A stretch of DNA of 64,000 nt, from NCBI GenBank assembly GCA_963761305.1, contig CAVXGK010000001.1:1664001-1728000 (forward strand), in the 5' to 3' direction. Made by a program: the position numbers and the translations under genes. This document shows, one piece after another, positions 30,745 through 40,230 of the stretch; position 1 is the stretch's first letter; each line of letters opens with the position of its first letter. Source of the stretch: an uncultured Gemmatimonadaceae bacterium. GTDB taxonomy: Bacteria > Gemmatimonadota > Gemmatimonadetes > Gemmatimonadales > Gemmatimonadaceae. Under the pieces are notes generated by a model, which saw only the letters and a program-made list of their open reading frames with translations, searched no databases and was not told the DNA's origin.

Positions 30745-32088
30745 ATGAATCGCCGAGACTTTGTTGCCGGTGGTGGGGCCGCGGTCCTGGGAGCGCTGGT
30801 CCGCCCCCAGCTCTCGTGGCCGTCGCCGGCCGCCCCCGACTACACCCTCCGCATCGGTCAGGTCACGATCGAGCTGGCGCCGGGCAAGACGGTGCGGACC
30901 GTCGCGTACAACGACTCCGTCCCGGGGCCGGTGCTTCGGCTGCGCGAGGGCGTTCCGGCCACGATCGAGGTCCTCAACGACACCGACCGCGACGAGTTCG
31001 TCCACTGGCACGGCCTCGAAGTGCCCGCCGAGGTCGACGGCGCGATGGAGGAAGGAACCCCGCCGGTGCCGGCGCACGGCCGGCAGAACTACACCTTCAT
31101 TCCTCGCCCGGTCGGAACTCGGTGGTACCACTCGCACGCGATCGCCGGACGCGACTTCAGCCGCGGAACGTACAGCGGGCAGTTCGGCTTTCTGCTCATC
31201 GCTCCCGGCAACGATCCGGGACGCTACGACGATGAAGTATTTCTCACGATGCACGACTGGGGTCCGTACGTCATGGGCGGCGACGACGGATTTCAGAGCG
31301 TCGGCTACAGTCACTCGACGATCAACGCGCGCCGCCTCGGTCATGCCGAGCCAATTCGCGTGCGCGAGGGAGCGCGCGTGCTCATGCGCGTGCTCAACGC
31401 GAGCGCGACGGACGCGCACTGGCTGATGCTGCCCGGGCACCGCTTCACCGTGATCGCGCTCGACGGCAATCCGGTGCCGCGGTCGGCCAGCGTCGATCAG
31501 CTCATGCTGAATCCGGGCGAGCGCGTCGACGCCATCGTCGAGATGAACGCGCCGGGCGTCTGGATCCTCGGCGAGCCGCGCGACCAAATTCGCGACAAGG
31601 GGCTCGGCGTCGTCGTGGAGTACGCCGGCCAGAGCGGCGAGCCGAGATGGGAGAAAGCCACCGCGTTGCGCTGGAACTATCTCGATTTCGCGCACGCTGG
31701 AGGCGCCGAGGGCGGCCCGGTGCAACGAATTCCGCTCGTGTTCAAGTCCGTTTTCAAGGGGCACGGCGCCTTCGAACATTGGTCGATCAACGGCAAGTCG
31801 TATCCGGACACCGACGTCATTCACATCGAGAACGGAATCCAGTATCGCCTCGTGTTCGACAACCGGAGCAGCGAGGACCATCCGGTGCATCTGCACCGAC
31901 ACTCGCTCGAGATCACGCGGATCGGCAACGTGGCAACGTCAGGAGTGGTCAAAGACGTGGTGACGGTGCCGGCGCACACCGTCGTCGAGGCCGATTTCAC
32001 GGCGACGAGTCCGGGGAAGTCGCTCTTCCATTGTCATCTTCAGGATCACATGGACGCCGGCTTCATGACTCTGTTCGACTGTCGCTAG
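30745..32088 (+). CDS. Tat-exported multicopper oxidase
   Basis: NRRDF; copper motifs HWHG, WYHSH, HPVHLH, HCHLQDH. Confidence 0.93.
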   Translation: MNRRDFVAGGGAAVLGALVRPQLSWPSPAAPDYTLRIGQVTIELAPGKTVRTVAYNDSVPGPVLRLREGVPATIEVLNDTDRDEFVHWHGLEVPAEVDGAMEEGTPPVPAHGRQNYTFIPRPVGTRWYHSHAIAGRDFSRGTYSGQFGFLLIAPGNDPGRYDDEVFLTMHDWGPYVMGGDDGFQSVGYSHSTINARRLGHAEPIRVREGARVLMRVLNASATDAHWLMLPGHRFTVIALDGNPVPRSASVDQLMLNPGERVDAIVEMNAPGVWILGEPRDQIRDKGLGVVVEYAGQSGEPRWEKATALRWNYLDFAHAGGAEGGPVQRIPLVFKSVFKGHGAFEHWSINGKSYPDTDVIHIENGIQYRLVFDNRSSEDHPVHLHRHSLEITRIGNVATSGVVKDVVTVPAHTVVEADFTATSPGKSLFHCHLQDHMDAGFMTLFDCR

Positions 32089-32092
32089 CCTC

Positions 32093-33043
32093 ATGCGCTC
32101 GACCGCCCTTCTCGGATTCGCACTCGCGACCGCTGCTGCGACCGCGCGTGCCCAGGGCAACTACGAGATCGAGGTCTATAACTCGCTCGTCGCGCCGACC
32201 AAGACGGTGATCCTCGAGCTGCACACCAATTACACGTTCGACGGTCAGATGCTGCCGCTCAACGGCGGCAGCCGCGCGCCCGTGGTCGACGACGATCTCA
32301 CGCGACTCGGCGTTCGCGCGGCGACGACGAACGCGTGCCGCGGTCCGACTGCCTTCTTCGACCAGGTCGCGTTCAGCCACGAACGCTCGCTTGCCGTGCC
32401 CGCTCGGGCGGCCACGACCGCCTGCACGAACAACGCGGCGACGAGCCACGTCGGCCACGAGACGATCGAGGCGACGACCGGTGTGACGTCGTGGTCGGAA
32501 ATCGGCATGTATGCGTTCTCGAACGAGGACCGCGTTTCCGGCGTCCAGTACGTCGGCAGCAGCCTTCGGCCCAAGGTGCGCGTCCCGGATTCTTGGCGCT
32601 TGCCGGTCGGCGTCGCGTTGTCGATGGAGCTGGAGTACGACCGGCCCGCGTTGTCGACCGACACGTGGTCGTGGGAAATCCGCCCGATCATCGACAAGGC
32701 CGTCGGCCGCTGGTACGCGAGCGTCGACCCGACACTCGTGCGCACGCTTCAGGGAACGGGCGTCGCCAACGGCCTCGAGTTCTCGCCGAGCGCGAAGGTG
32801 AACTACGACGTCACGCGAATCGTGAGCGCCGGGATCGAGTACTACAGCGCCTACGGACGAATCGGCCGCTTCGCGCCGGCCGCCGATCGCATTCAGCAGA
32901 TCTTCGCCGCCGCGGATCTGCACGCGTCGGCGGCGTGGGAGGTCAACTTCGGCGTCGGAGCCGCGGCGACTCCCGCGACGAATCACCTCGTGGCCAAGTT
33001 GATCCTCGGTCGGAGCCTGTCGTGGGGCTCGAGCCTGAGATGA
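32093..33043 (+). CDS. Exported, probable outer-membrane beta-barrel protein
   Basis: Signal peptide, NYEIEVY/LELHTNY start, alternating beta-strands, aromatic-rich C-terminus. Confidence 0.7.
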   Translation: MRSTALLGFALATAAATARAQGNYEIEVYNSLVAPTKTVILELHTNYTFDGQMLPLNGGSRAPVVDDDLTRLGVRAATTNACRGPTAFFDQVAFSHERSLAVPARAATTACTNNAATSHVGHETIEATTGVTSWSEIGMYAFSNEDRVSGVQYVGSSLRPKVRVPDSWRLPVGVALSMELEYDRPALSTDTWSWEIRPIIDKAVGRWYASVDPTLVRTLQGTGVANGLEFSPSAKVNYDVTRIVSAGIEYYSAYGRIGRFAPAADRIQQIFAAADLHASAAWEVNFGVGAAATPATNHLVAKLILGRSLSWGSSLR

Positions 33044-33066
33044 GGCTTAGACGACGTCTCAACGGC

Positions 33067-33309
33067 AACTGCTTTACCGCAGAGGCGCAGAGGGCGCAGA
33101 GGGCGCAGAGGTCATGGTCGGTTCCGCAACGAGCCGGGAATATTCGGGGGAACTGCCGCTCGGGATGCCTCGATGTGCGGTCGTGGCGTCAACGGTACGC
33201 GCGGCTTCCCGAGCGGCTGTTCCCAAAAGCATCCCGGCTCGTAGCGCGTCGAGCCTCCAACGGCTCCGCTGTTTCTCTGCGTTCTCTGCGTCTCTGCGGT
33301 GAAGCAGTT
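33067..33309. repeat. Nested palindromic repeat family A, copy 5
   Basis: Same arms; right end overlaps the aminotransferase stop codon. Confidence 0.95.
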
Positions 33310-36300
33310 CAAGCCAACTCGCCGAGCGAGACGTCGAACGCCTCGATCAGCAACTCCGCGTCCTCGACGTCAAACGGCATCGGCGGGCGGATCTTGACCA
33401 CATTGTGATACGGCCCGTCGGTGCCGAGCAGAATTCCCTTCTCTCGCATCCGATTCGCCACGAACGACGCCTCCGGGCCCGCCGGCTCGCGCGTCTCGCG
33501 ATCTCGCACGAGCTCGACACCGATGAAGAGCCCCGACCCGCGGACGTCGCCGATGATCTCATGGCGCTCCGCCAGCGGTCGGATTCGATCGAGTAGATAG
33601 CCGCCGACGCGCAGCGCGTGCTGCTGAAGTCCTTCCTCGCGCACGACGTCGAGCACGGCCAAACCGACGGCGCACGACACTGTGTTTCCGCCGAAGGTGC
33701 TGAAATACTCCATGCCGTTGTCGAACGCGTCGGCGATCGCGCGCGTCGTCGCCACGGCGGCGATCGGATGGCCGTTGCCGAGCGGCTTGCCCATTACGAC
33801 GATGTCGGGCGCGACGTGCTGGTCCTCGAACGCCCAGAAGCTCGTGCCCATTCGCCCGAGTCCCGTCTGCACTTCGTCGGCGATACACACACCGCCGGCG
33901 GCGCGGACGCGCTCATACACCTTCTCGAGATACTTCGGCGGGAAGATGATCTGTCCACCGACACTCGGGCACGTCTCGGCGATGAACGCGGCGACGCCGC
34001 GCCCGTTGCTCGCCAACTCGTCGACGATCGCGCCGACGTGCGACGCGTACTTTGGACCTGCGTCGGCGTCGCCACGCCGATAGGCACCGCGATAGTCGTC
34101 GGGCACCGGCGCTACATGAACCCAATCCGGCGCGCCGCTGCCACCGGGCCCCGCATGCTTGTACGGACTGATGTCGATGAGCGACGTCGTGTTGCCGTGG
34201 TAGGCCGCCTCGAGCACGATCATGTCCTTTCGGCCCGTCACCGCGCGCGAGAGACGCAACGCGAGCTCGTTGGCTTCGCTCGCCGAGCTCACGAAGTAGC
34301 AGACCTGCATCTCGCGCGGCATCGTCGCGAGCAGCGATGCGGCGTAACGCTCGAGCAGATCGTTGAGGTAGCGCGTGTTCGTGTTCAGCACGCGCATCTG
34401 CCTCTCGGCCGCGTCGACGACGCGCGGATGAGCGTGGCCGACGTGCGGCACGTTGTTGTACGCGTCGACGTACCGGCGCCCATCGCGATCGAACAGGTAC
34501 TGCATCCATCCGCGCACCACCTCGACTGGCTCGCGGTACGCGAGGCTCAGATTCCCGCCGATCATGCGCCGGCGCGCCGCGAGCTCCTCGCCGCGATCCG
34601 GCTCGGTGGGTGGAAACCGCTCGGCCGGCACGCGCACGATGAGATTCGGGTCGGGACAGAGCGACGTCCACACGGTACGCTCCGACGGACGCGCGACGCC
34701 CGGAAAGTCCGTGCCGAGCTCCAATAGGTCGGTGATGACTTGAAGATGCAGGTGCGGCGTCCAACCGCCGTTCACATTCGCTGCGCCGAGCGTCGCGATC
34801 TTGTCGCCCGCTGTCACTCGCTTGCCGATCGAGAGGCCGACGAGCGATTCGCGGCTCAAATGGCCGTACAGCGTAAAGAACTCGATGCCGTCGTCGGTGC
34901 GATGCCGCAGGATGATCACCGGACCGTAGTCCTGATTCATCCCGTTGTCGTTGCATCCTGCGATTTCGCCGTCGAGCGGCGTGAACACCGCGGTGCCCGC
35001 GTCGGCGAACAGGTCGAGCCCGATGTGAATCGTGCGATGATCGTCGGTGACGCGAGGCCCCAGCGCGAACGCCGGTGCCACGTAGAGAAGCCGCGGTTCG
35101 TCGTAACGGCCAATCGCCACGCGCACGCCGGCCTCGCGCATGACGTCGTCCACGCGCCGCGTGAGCGACGGCTCGTCGTTCCTGCTCGTATCGCCGGACA
35201 AGAGAGGACTCGCGACGCTCAGATCGAGCACGATCGACGGTTCCGTTCGCGCATCCACGCCAAGCACCGAGGGGAACGACGCGCGACTCTCTATGAAACG
35301 CACGACGCGATCTCTTGTCGGTGCGGGCGCAACCCCTGCCGCCTCTCGGACCATCGCCGTCGCCAGCGCGAACGGGATCTCCGCCAGCCGCGGCAGCGTC
35401 CGCGCGATCCCTCCCTGGCTGATTGCGAGATACTCGTGATCCGGCTTCTCGCCGAGCTGCGCCGCGGCGATGCACGCGCTGACGCACAGACGTATCGCCG
35501 CCAGACCAAACACCGCCGCAAGCTCGCTCTCCTCGAGTCGCATTCGTTCGCTGAATCCACGCACTACCCGCGCAACGACGGCGAGCGGATCGGGCGCGTC
35601 GAGCATCACGTACGCGCTCGCGATCGCCAGATCCGCGACACGATAGCTGTGCACCATGTCGCCGAGGTCGACGAGACCGGTGATGCGTTGGCCGCGCGAC
35701 TCGACGTCTCCCTCGCCGCCCACGAGGATGTTAAAATCGTTGGGATCACCGTGTACGACGGAGCGGGGCAACCGCTCGAGCAGCGGCGCCGTGTGGCGGT
35801 CAAACCGCTCGACGAGCGTGTCGATCGCCGCGCCGAGCGTCTTGTCGGCGATGGTCGCCCGCTGCGCGCCGACGATGCCGCGCGCGTTGGCCAGATCCCA
35901 GTAGAAATCGCGATGCACCGCCGGGTGATCGAACTCGGCGAACGCCGCGTCGATCGCGCCGAGCTGTCGGCCGAGGTCTTCGAACAGACGCGGCGATTTG
36001 TAGACTGACGTGCCGAACGGTTTGCCCGGCAAATGGCTCACGGCCCACACGAGATGTGTTCGCCCGTTGTCACCGTGAATGTCGACCAGCGCTTCGCCGT
36101 TCGTTGCCGTGAGCACACGTGGCGTGGTCGCGACCGATTGCGCGAGGTGTGCGAGTGCCGCCTGCTGCGCGTCCAGGATCCCGCGCTCTTCCGCCGCGCT
36201 GGCCACCTTGAGTATCGCACGCGGTCGTCCGTCAACCGTGACCAGGAAATTCTGGTCGCGCTCGCTCGGCAACGGCGATGCGCGCCCGTCGAGCCCGAAG

Positions 36301-36377
36301 CGGGTTCGCGCGAGCTCGGCCGCTTCGTCGAGCGACAGTGTCGGCGATTCGCGCAACAGACTATCGCTTGTCGCCAC
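33309..36377 (-). CDS. Fusion: APH-like phosphotransferase + M23-like domain + class III aminotransferase/phospho-lyase
   Basis: SERDQNF, HGDPND.N, DLGD; HIGLD...YGHL...[25 protein letters not shown]. Confidence 0.92.
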   Translation of the reverse strand: MATSDSLLRESPTLSLDEAAELARTRFGLDGRASPLPSERDQNFLVTVDGRPRAILKVASAAEERGILDAQQAALAHLAQSVATTPRVLTATNGEALVDIHGDNGRTHLVWAVSHLPGKPFGTSVYKSPRLFEDLGRQLGAIDAAFAEFDHPAVHRDFYWDLANARGIVGAQRATIADKTLGAAIDTLVERFDRHTAPLLERLPRSVVHGDPNDFNILVGGEGDVESRGQRITGLVDLGDMVHSYRVADLAIASAYVMLDAPDPLAVVARVVRGFSERMRLEESELAAVFGLAAIRLCVSACIAAAQLGEKPDHEYLAISQGGIARTLPRLAEIPFALATAMVREAAGVAPAPTRDRVVRFIESRASFPSVLGVDARTEPSIVLDLSVASPLLSGDTSRNDEPSLTRRVDDVMREAGVRVAIGRYDEPRLLYVAPAFALGPRVTDDHRTIHIGLDLFADAGTAVFTPLDGEIAGCNDNGMNQDYGPVIILRHRTDDGIEFFTLYGHLSRESLVGLSIGKRVTAGDKIATLGAANVNGGWTPHLHLQVITDLLELGTDFPGVARPSERTVWTSLCPDPNLIVRVPAERFPPTEPDRGEELAARRRMIGGNLSLAYREPVEVVRGWMQYLFDRDGRRYVDAYNNVPHVGHAHPRVVDAAERQMRVLNTNTRYLNDLLERYAASLLATMPREMQVCYFVSSASEANELALRLSRAVTGRKDMIVLEAAYHGNTTSLIDISPYKHAGPGGSGAPDWVHVAPVPDDYRGAYRRGDADAGPKYASHVGAIVDELASNGRGVAAFIAETCPSVGGQIIFPPKYLEKVYERVRAAGGVCIADEVQTGLGRMGTSFWAFEDQHVAPDIVVMGKPLGNGHPIAAVATTRAIADAFDNGMEYFSTFGGNTVSCAVGLAVLDVVREEGLQQHALRVGGYLLDRIRPLAERHEIIGDVRGSGLFIGVELVRDRETREPAGPEASFVANRMREKGILLGTDGPYHNVVKIRPPMPFDVEDAELLIEAFDVSLGELA

Positions 36378-36924
36378 GGACTTCCTTGGGGATGCGCCCC
36401 TCGCGCGCCGCGCGCCATCCGTCGCCCGTGCGCACGACTTGATAGGCGCGCTCGAACCGAAGCGGCGGTGAATAGCCCGACGTCGCGTTGTCGTAGTTCT
36501 GCGCGAACAGGTAGACCTCGACCGTGTCGCCCGTCATCGCGAACACCGGCGAGAACCGAACCACGTAGCCGGGCAACGCGGCCGAGCATTTGACGGTCTT
36601 CCGCGACGCGCTGATCGGTGGCTCGCACACACCCTTGATCGACCCACGACGCCGCATTTCAGCGGCGACCTGATCGGGCCACGTGTCCCCCGCGGCGAGT
36701 CCAACCGTGCGCGGCAGGCCGCGCCGGTCGAACAGCAGCGACAGGTTCGGGTCGTTCAGTTCGAACGCGGCGCGGGCCGCGGCGTCGAAGACACCGCCCT
36801 GGGCCTCGGACGACAGCGCGGCCACGGGGAGACCGTGGCCGCGCAGAATGTTCGAATCGCCACCACCGCAACCGCTCGCGGCGTGCGCGGCGAAAGCGAT
36901 GGTGGCGATTCGAAGAACGGTCAT
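36361..36924 (-). CDS. Hypothetical lipoprotein
   Basis: Lipobox ASGC; overlaps the next gene start. Confidence 0.7.
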   Translation of the reverse strand: MTVLRIATIAFAAHAASGCGGGDSNILRGHGLPVAALSSEAQGGVFDAAARAAFELNDPNLSLLFDRRGLPRTVGLAAGDTWPDQVAAEMRRRGSIKGVCEPPISASRKTVKCSAALPGYVVRFSPVFAMTGDTVEVYLFAQNYDNATSGYSPPLRFERAYQVVRTGDGWRAAREGRIPKEVRGDKR

Positions 36925-36933
36925 TCCGGGAAG

Positions 36934-37458
36934 TTAGCGCCGATCTCCTGGGCGGAAATCCCGGTGGTCGTCGTTCCGATGATTGCTGTCGTTGTGGTGA
37001 TCCCACGCGTGGTTCTGGTCGCGGTTTTCCTGTGCGTGGACTCTCGCGGCTTCGACCTCTCGAGCGCGAATGGCGGCCGCCTCTCGCTCACGCGCGATCT
37101 GAAACTCGCGGTCGCGTGCGATCTGAAGCTCACGCTCGCGGGCGATTTGCAAGTCGCGTTCGCGGGCGATCTGAAGCTCGCGTTCACGGATCATCCTCTC
37201 TTCGTACAGCCGGTCGTTGTTGTAGACGGTCGGACCGTAGACGAGGCGACCATTCGCCGGAAGCCACCGCGCGGCGACGGCGCAGCTGGTCGGCGCGGGC
37301 TGACGGCCCGGCGGAACGCCTTGGATCCAGACTCGGCACATGCCTGCCGCCGGCATCATGCCCATCGGCACGAACGCATACTCCCGTATGCCCTGGGCCA
37401 TGAGCGGCGTCGCAACGGCGAGGGCCGCCGTGGCCGCTAGAAGTTCGAGTTTGCGCAT
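36934..37458 (-). CDS. Secreted hypothetical protein with (IARERELQ)n repeats
   Basis: AGGAG RBS, signal peptide, CRVWIQGVPPGRQPAPTSC motif, 8-aa tandem repeats. Confidence 0.75.
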   Translation of the reverse strand: MRKLELLAATAALAVATPLMAQGIREYAFVPMGMMPAAGMCRVWIQGVPPGRQPAPTSCAVAARWLPANGRLVYGPTVYNNDRLYEERMIRERELQIARERDLQIARERELQIARDREFQIAREREAAAIRAREVEAARVHAQENRDQNHAWDHHNDSNHRNDDHRDFRPGDRR

Positions 37459-37661
37459 GTACTTCTCCTTTGTTGGTGGGCGAGCTGATTTCGCTCGCCA
37501 CCTACAAAGGCATTAGGGATGCCGAACCGGGCACGACGGTAAGTCGTTGATCGACAATATCTTAGAACGATCCGACCCGAGTGATCCTAATCAGATCGTC
37601 CGATTGCAGTCGAAAGCAGCGTCCCCGATCGTGGACGCTTTCGGCAGCCTGTCCAGACGGC

Positions 37662-37880
37662 AACTGCTTCACGCAGAGACCCAGAGAACAACGGAGAGGA
37701 GTCCGTCGCGCCACGAGCCGGGATTCTTTGGGAACTGCCGCTCGGGATGCATCGCGAAGCAAGCGACCTTCGCTGGCGCGTCGAGGCTTCCCGAGCGGCT
37801 GTTCACAAGAAACATCCCGGCTCGTTGCGCGACGATTTGCGGTCGTCCTCTGTGCCTCCGCGTCTCTGCGTTAAGCAGTT
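37662..37880. repeat. Nested palindromic repeat family A, copy 6
   Basis: Same arms; just downstream of the APC permease stop. Confidence 0.95.
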
Positions 37881-37903
37881 GCGGTGAGCAGTTCCGAAAG
37901 CCG

Positions 37904-39244
37904 CTAGACAGCTTCGGCGGGACGCGGCTTGCGTGCCCAGAGTACGTAGACCGCGGCGCCTACGAACAGGATCGCCACGCCGATCCCCGCGTTCTCCGGA
38001 TACTGCACGATCGTCGACGCGGAGATGGCCCAGCACGCGAGCGCGAATAGTATCGTCGTGATCGGATGGCCCGGCACGCGCACGCCGCCTGGCGACGTTT
38101 CGGCCGTTCCTTTTTCGCGGGCGCGAAAGACGAGCAGTGACGCGCCGGTCAACCCGAAGAACAACACGTCGATCGAGACGACGTAGTTGAGGATCTGATC
38201 GTATTTCCCGGCGAGCGCGATCGCGACGGCCCACACGCCCTGGATCACGATGGCGACGATCGGCACGCGCGAACGCGGATCCAGCTTGCCGACCGCCTTG
38301 AAGAACACGCCGTCGCGCGCCATCGCGAAATAGACCCGCGGAGCCGTCAGCACACCCTGGCTCAAGAATCCAACGGTCGACACCGCGATGCCGAGCGCGA
38401 TGAGTCGGGCGCCCCGCTCGCCGAGTGCCGATCGCAGAATCGTCGACGCCGGCGTCGACGTCGCCGCCAAGCCATCCACGCCGAGCACGCGCAGGCAGAC
38501 GAGCGTCACGGCGAGGTACAGCACGATCACGCCGACGACGCCGATCAACAGCCCGCGTGGTAGATCGCGGCGCGGATCGCGCATCTCGCCGCTCAGGAAG
38601 CTCGCGGTCTGCCACCCGCCGTACGCGAACAACACGGGCACCATCGCGGCGCCGAATCCGGCAAGGCCACCCGTACCGCTGGGGAGCGTCGCCGACGCGA
38701 CGTGTTGAACCGGCGCCGCAAGAAAGAATCCGACGCCGATCAGCATCGCGATCGCGGCGATCTTCGTGATCATGAACGCTGACTGCACGTTGCTCCCCGC
38801 GCGCACGCCGAAACAGTTCACCATCGTGAGCACGCCGAGCGCGATCGCCGCGATCGCCTGCTCGGGCATCGCCCACCCAGTGAGCTCGCGCGTGTAGCGG
38901 CCAAAGATGATCGCCGACCCCGCCATGCCGCCTGTTTGGATGACGAGGAGCAGCGTCCACCCGTAGAGGAAGGCGACGATCGGATGGTACGCGTCGCGGA
39001 GATATGCGTACTGTCCGCCGACGCCCGGGCGCAGCTGCGCCAGCTCCGCGTAGACGAACGCGCCGATCAACGCGATGGCGCCGCCGGCAACCCACGCGCC
39101 GATCACGAGCAACGGCGTGTGCACCGCACGCGCGACGACGCTCGGGTTGACGAAGATCCCGGCGCCGATGATGCCACCCATGACGATCATCGTGGCGTCG
39201 AACGGCCCGAGGCGGCGGGCGAGAGTCGGTTCGCCGGAGGTCAT
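37904..39244 (-). CDS. APC family amino acid permease
   Basis: LARRLG, IIGAGIF, YAEL...GGQYAYL, FAYGGW, EMRDPRRDLP. Confidence 0.93.
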   Translation of the reverse strand: MTSGEPTLARRLGPFDATMIVMGGIIGAGIFVNPSVVARAVHTPLLVIGAWVAGGAIALIGAFVYAELAQLRPGVGGQYAYLRDAYHPIVAFLYGWTLLLVIQTGGMAGSAIIFGRYTRELTGWAMPEQAIAAIALGVLTMVNCFGVRAGSNVQSAFMITKIAAIAMLIGVGFFLAAPVQHVASATLPSGTGGLAGFGAAMVPVLFAYGGWQTASFLSGEMRDPRRDLPRGLLIGVVGVIVLYLAVTLVCLRVLGVDGLAATSTPASTILRSALGERGARLIALGIAVSTVGFLSQGVLTAPRVYFAMARDGVFFKAVGKLDPRSRVPIVAIVIQGVWAVAIALAGKYDQILNYVVSIDVLFFGLTGASLLVFRAREKGTAETSPGGVRVPGHPITTILFALACWAISASTIVQYPENAGIGVAILFVGAAVYVLWARKPRPAEAV

Positions 39245-39325
39245 TGCGGCATCAATCTACTCGCTGAAGCGCCTGGCGCAGGCGCGCCCGATTTGGCCCC
39301 ACTATCGGGACGCTCTGTGGAACTG

Positions 39326-39555
39326 AACTGCTTGACGCGGAGACGCAGAGAGGCAGAGACGCAGGGTCCGTCGCGCCACGAGCCGGGATTCTTTGGGGAA
39401 CTGCCGCTCGGGATGCATCGCGAAACGATGCATCCTCGTTGGCGCGTCGAGGCTTCCCGAGCGGCTGTTCACAAAACATCCCGGCTCGTGGCGCGACGAT
39501 CTCGGGTCGTTCTCTCTGCGTCCCTGCGTTCTCTGCGTCTCTGCGTTGAGCAGTT
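39326..39555. repeat. Nested palindromic repeat family A, copy 7
   Basis: Same arms, closely similar to copy 6. Confidence 0.95.
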
Positions 39556-39688
39556 GCAGTCAGCCGTTGCCGCGAGACACTTACGGACGTGAAAGATTAG
39601 AGCGCTTTAATGTTTCGACTCTCTTGCCTGATCGTCGGTAGCAAGTAGTTTCCGCCCCGGGTTTCCCCCCCTCCCACCCACGCCCGCC

Positions 39689-39784
39689 ATGTCCAGTCGA
39701 CTCGTCGCGAGCGCGTTCGTGCTCGCTCTCGCCGCGCTGCCTGCCACCACGTCCGCCCAGCACGAGAAGGAACCGCGGCGCTGA
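39689..39784 (+). pseudogene. Signal-peptide-only ORF (31 aa), probable gene remnant
   Basis: MSSRLVASAFVLALAALPATTSA-QHEKEPRR*; stop coincides with a family A left-end remnant. Confidence 0.5.
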
Positions 39785-39926
39785 CTGCCTAACGCAGAGA
39801 CGTGTTGTACTTCGCGTACGGGTACACGCATCCCACTCTGCGGCGCGGAACCGGCCCGGTCGTTCCCGCGAGGCACGCGTAGAGCGGGTTCGCAAAACGG
39901 ACTACGAGGCCGTTTGAGCAAAGGGA

Positions 39927-40063
39927 AACGCAGATGACGCCGATTTGAACAGCAATGCCGCAGATGAAAACGCAGACGGCGAGGCGCGCGGCTGCCGGTC
40001 AAATCCCCAGCAATCGCCGTTCAATCGGCGGCAATCGCCTTTCAAATCTGCGTCATCTGCGTT
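39927..40063. repeat. Palindromic element family B (23-bp inverted arms)
   Basis: AACGCAGATGACGCCGATTTGAA ... TTCAAATCTGCGTCATCTGCGTT (22/23 match). Confidence 0.85.
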
Positions 40064-40094
40064 GAATTTTGGTCGACGCCAGTAGTGGCTTGGG

Positions 40095-40211
40095 CTGGCG
40101 CGGCGAAGCTTCCCGAGCGTCTGTTCACAAAAAAAATCCCGGCTCGTGGCGCGACGATGTCCGGTTGTCCTCTGCGCCTCTGCGTTCTCTGCGTCTCCGC
40201 GTCGAGCTGTT
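40095..40211. repeat. Family A, copy 8 (right half only)
   Basis: GCTTCCCGAGCG.CTGTTCACAA..ATCCCGGCTCGTGGCGCGACGA...CTCTGCGTCTCCGCGTCGAGCTGTT. Confidence 0.9.
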
Positions 40212-40230
40212 GCAGTTACCCGGGCGACGA

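Noticed and set aside
37547..38050. Short ORFs crossing family A repeats (also 4494-4730, 21417-21779, 24276-24581, 39252-39641, 51124-51351)
   Set aside because: They are translations of the palindromic repeat, have no RBS, and frames are not preserved between copies.
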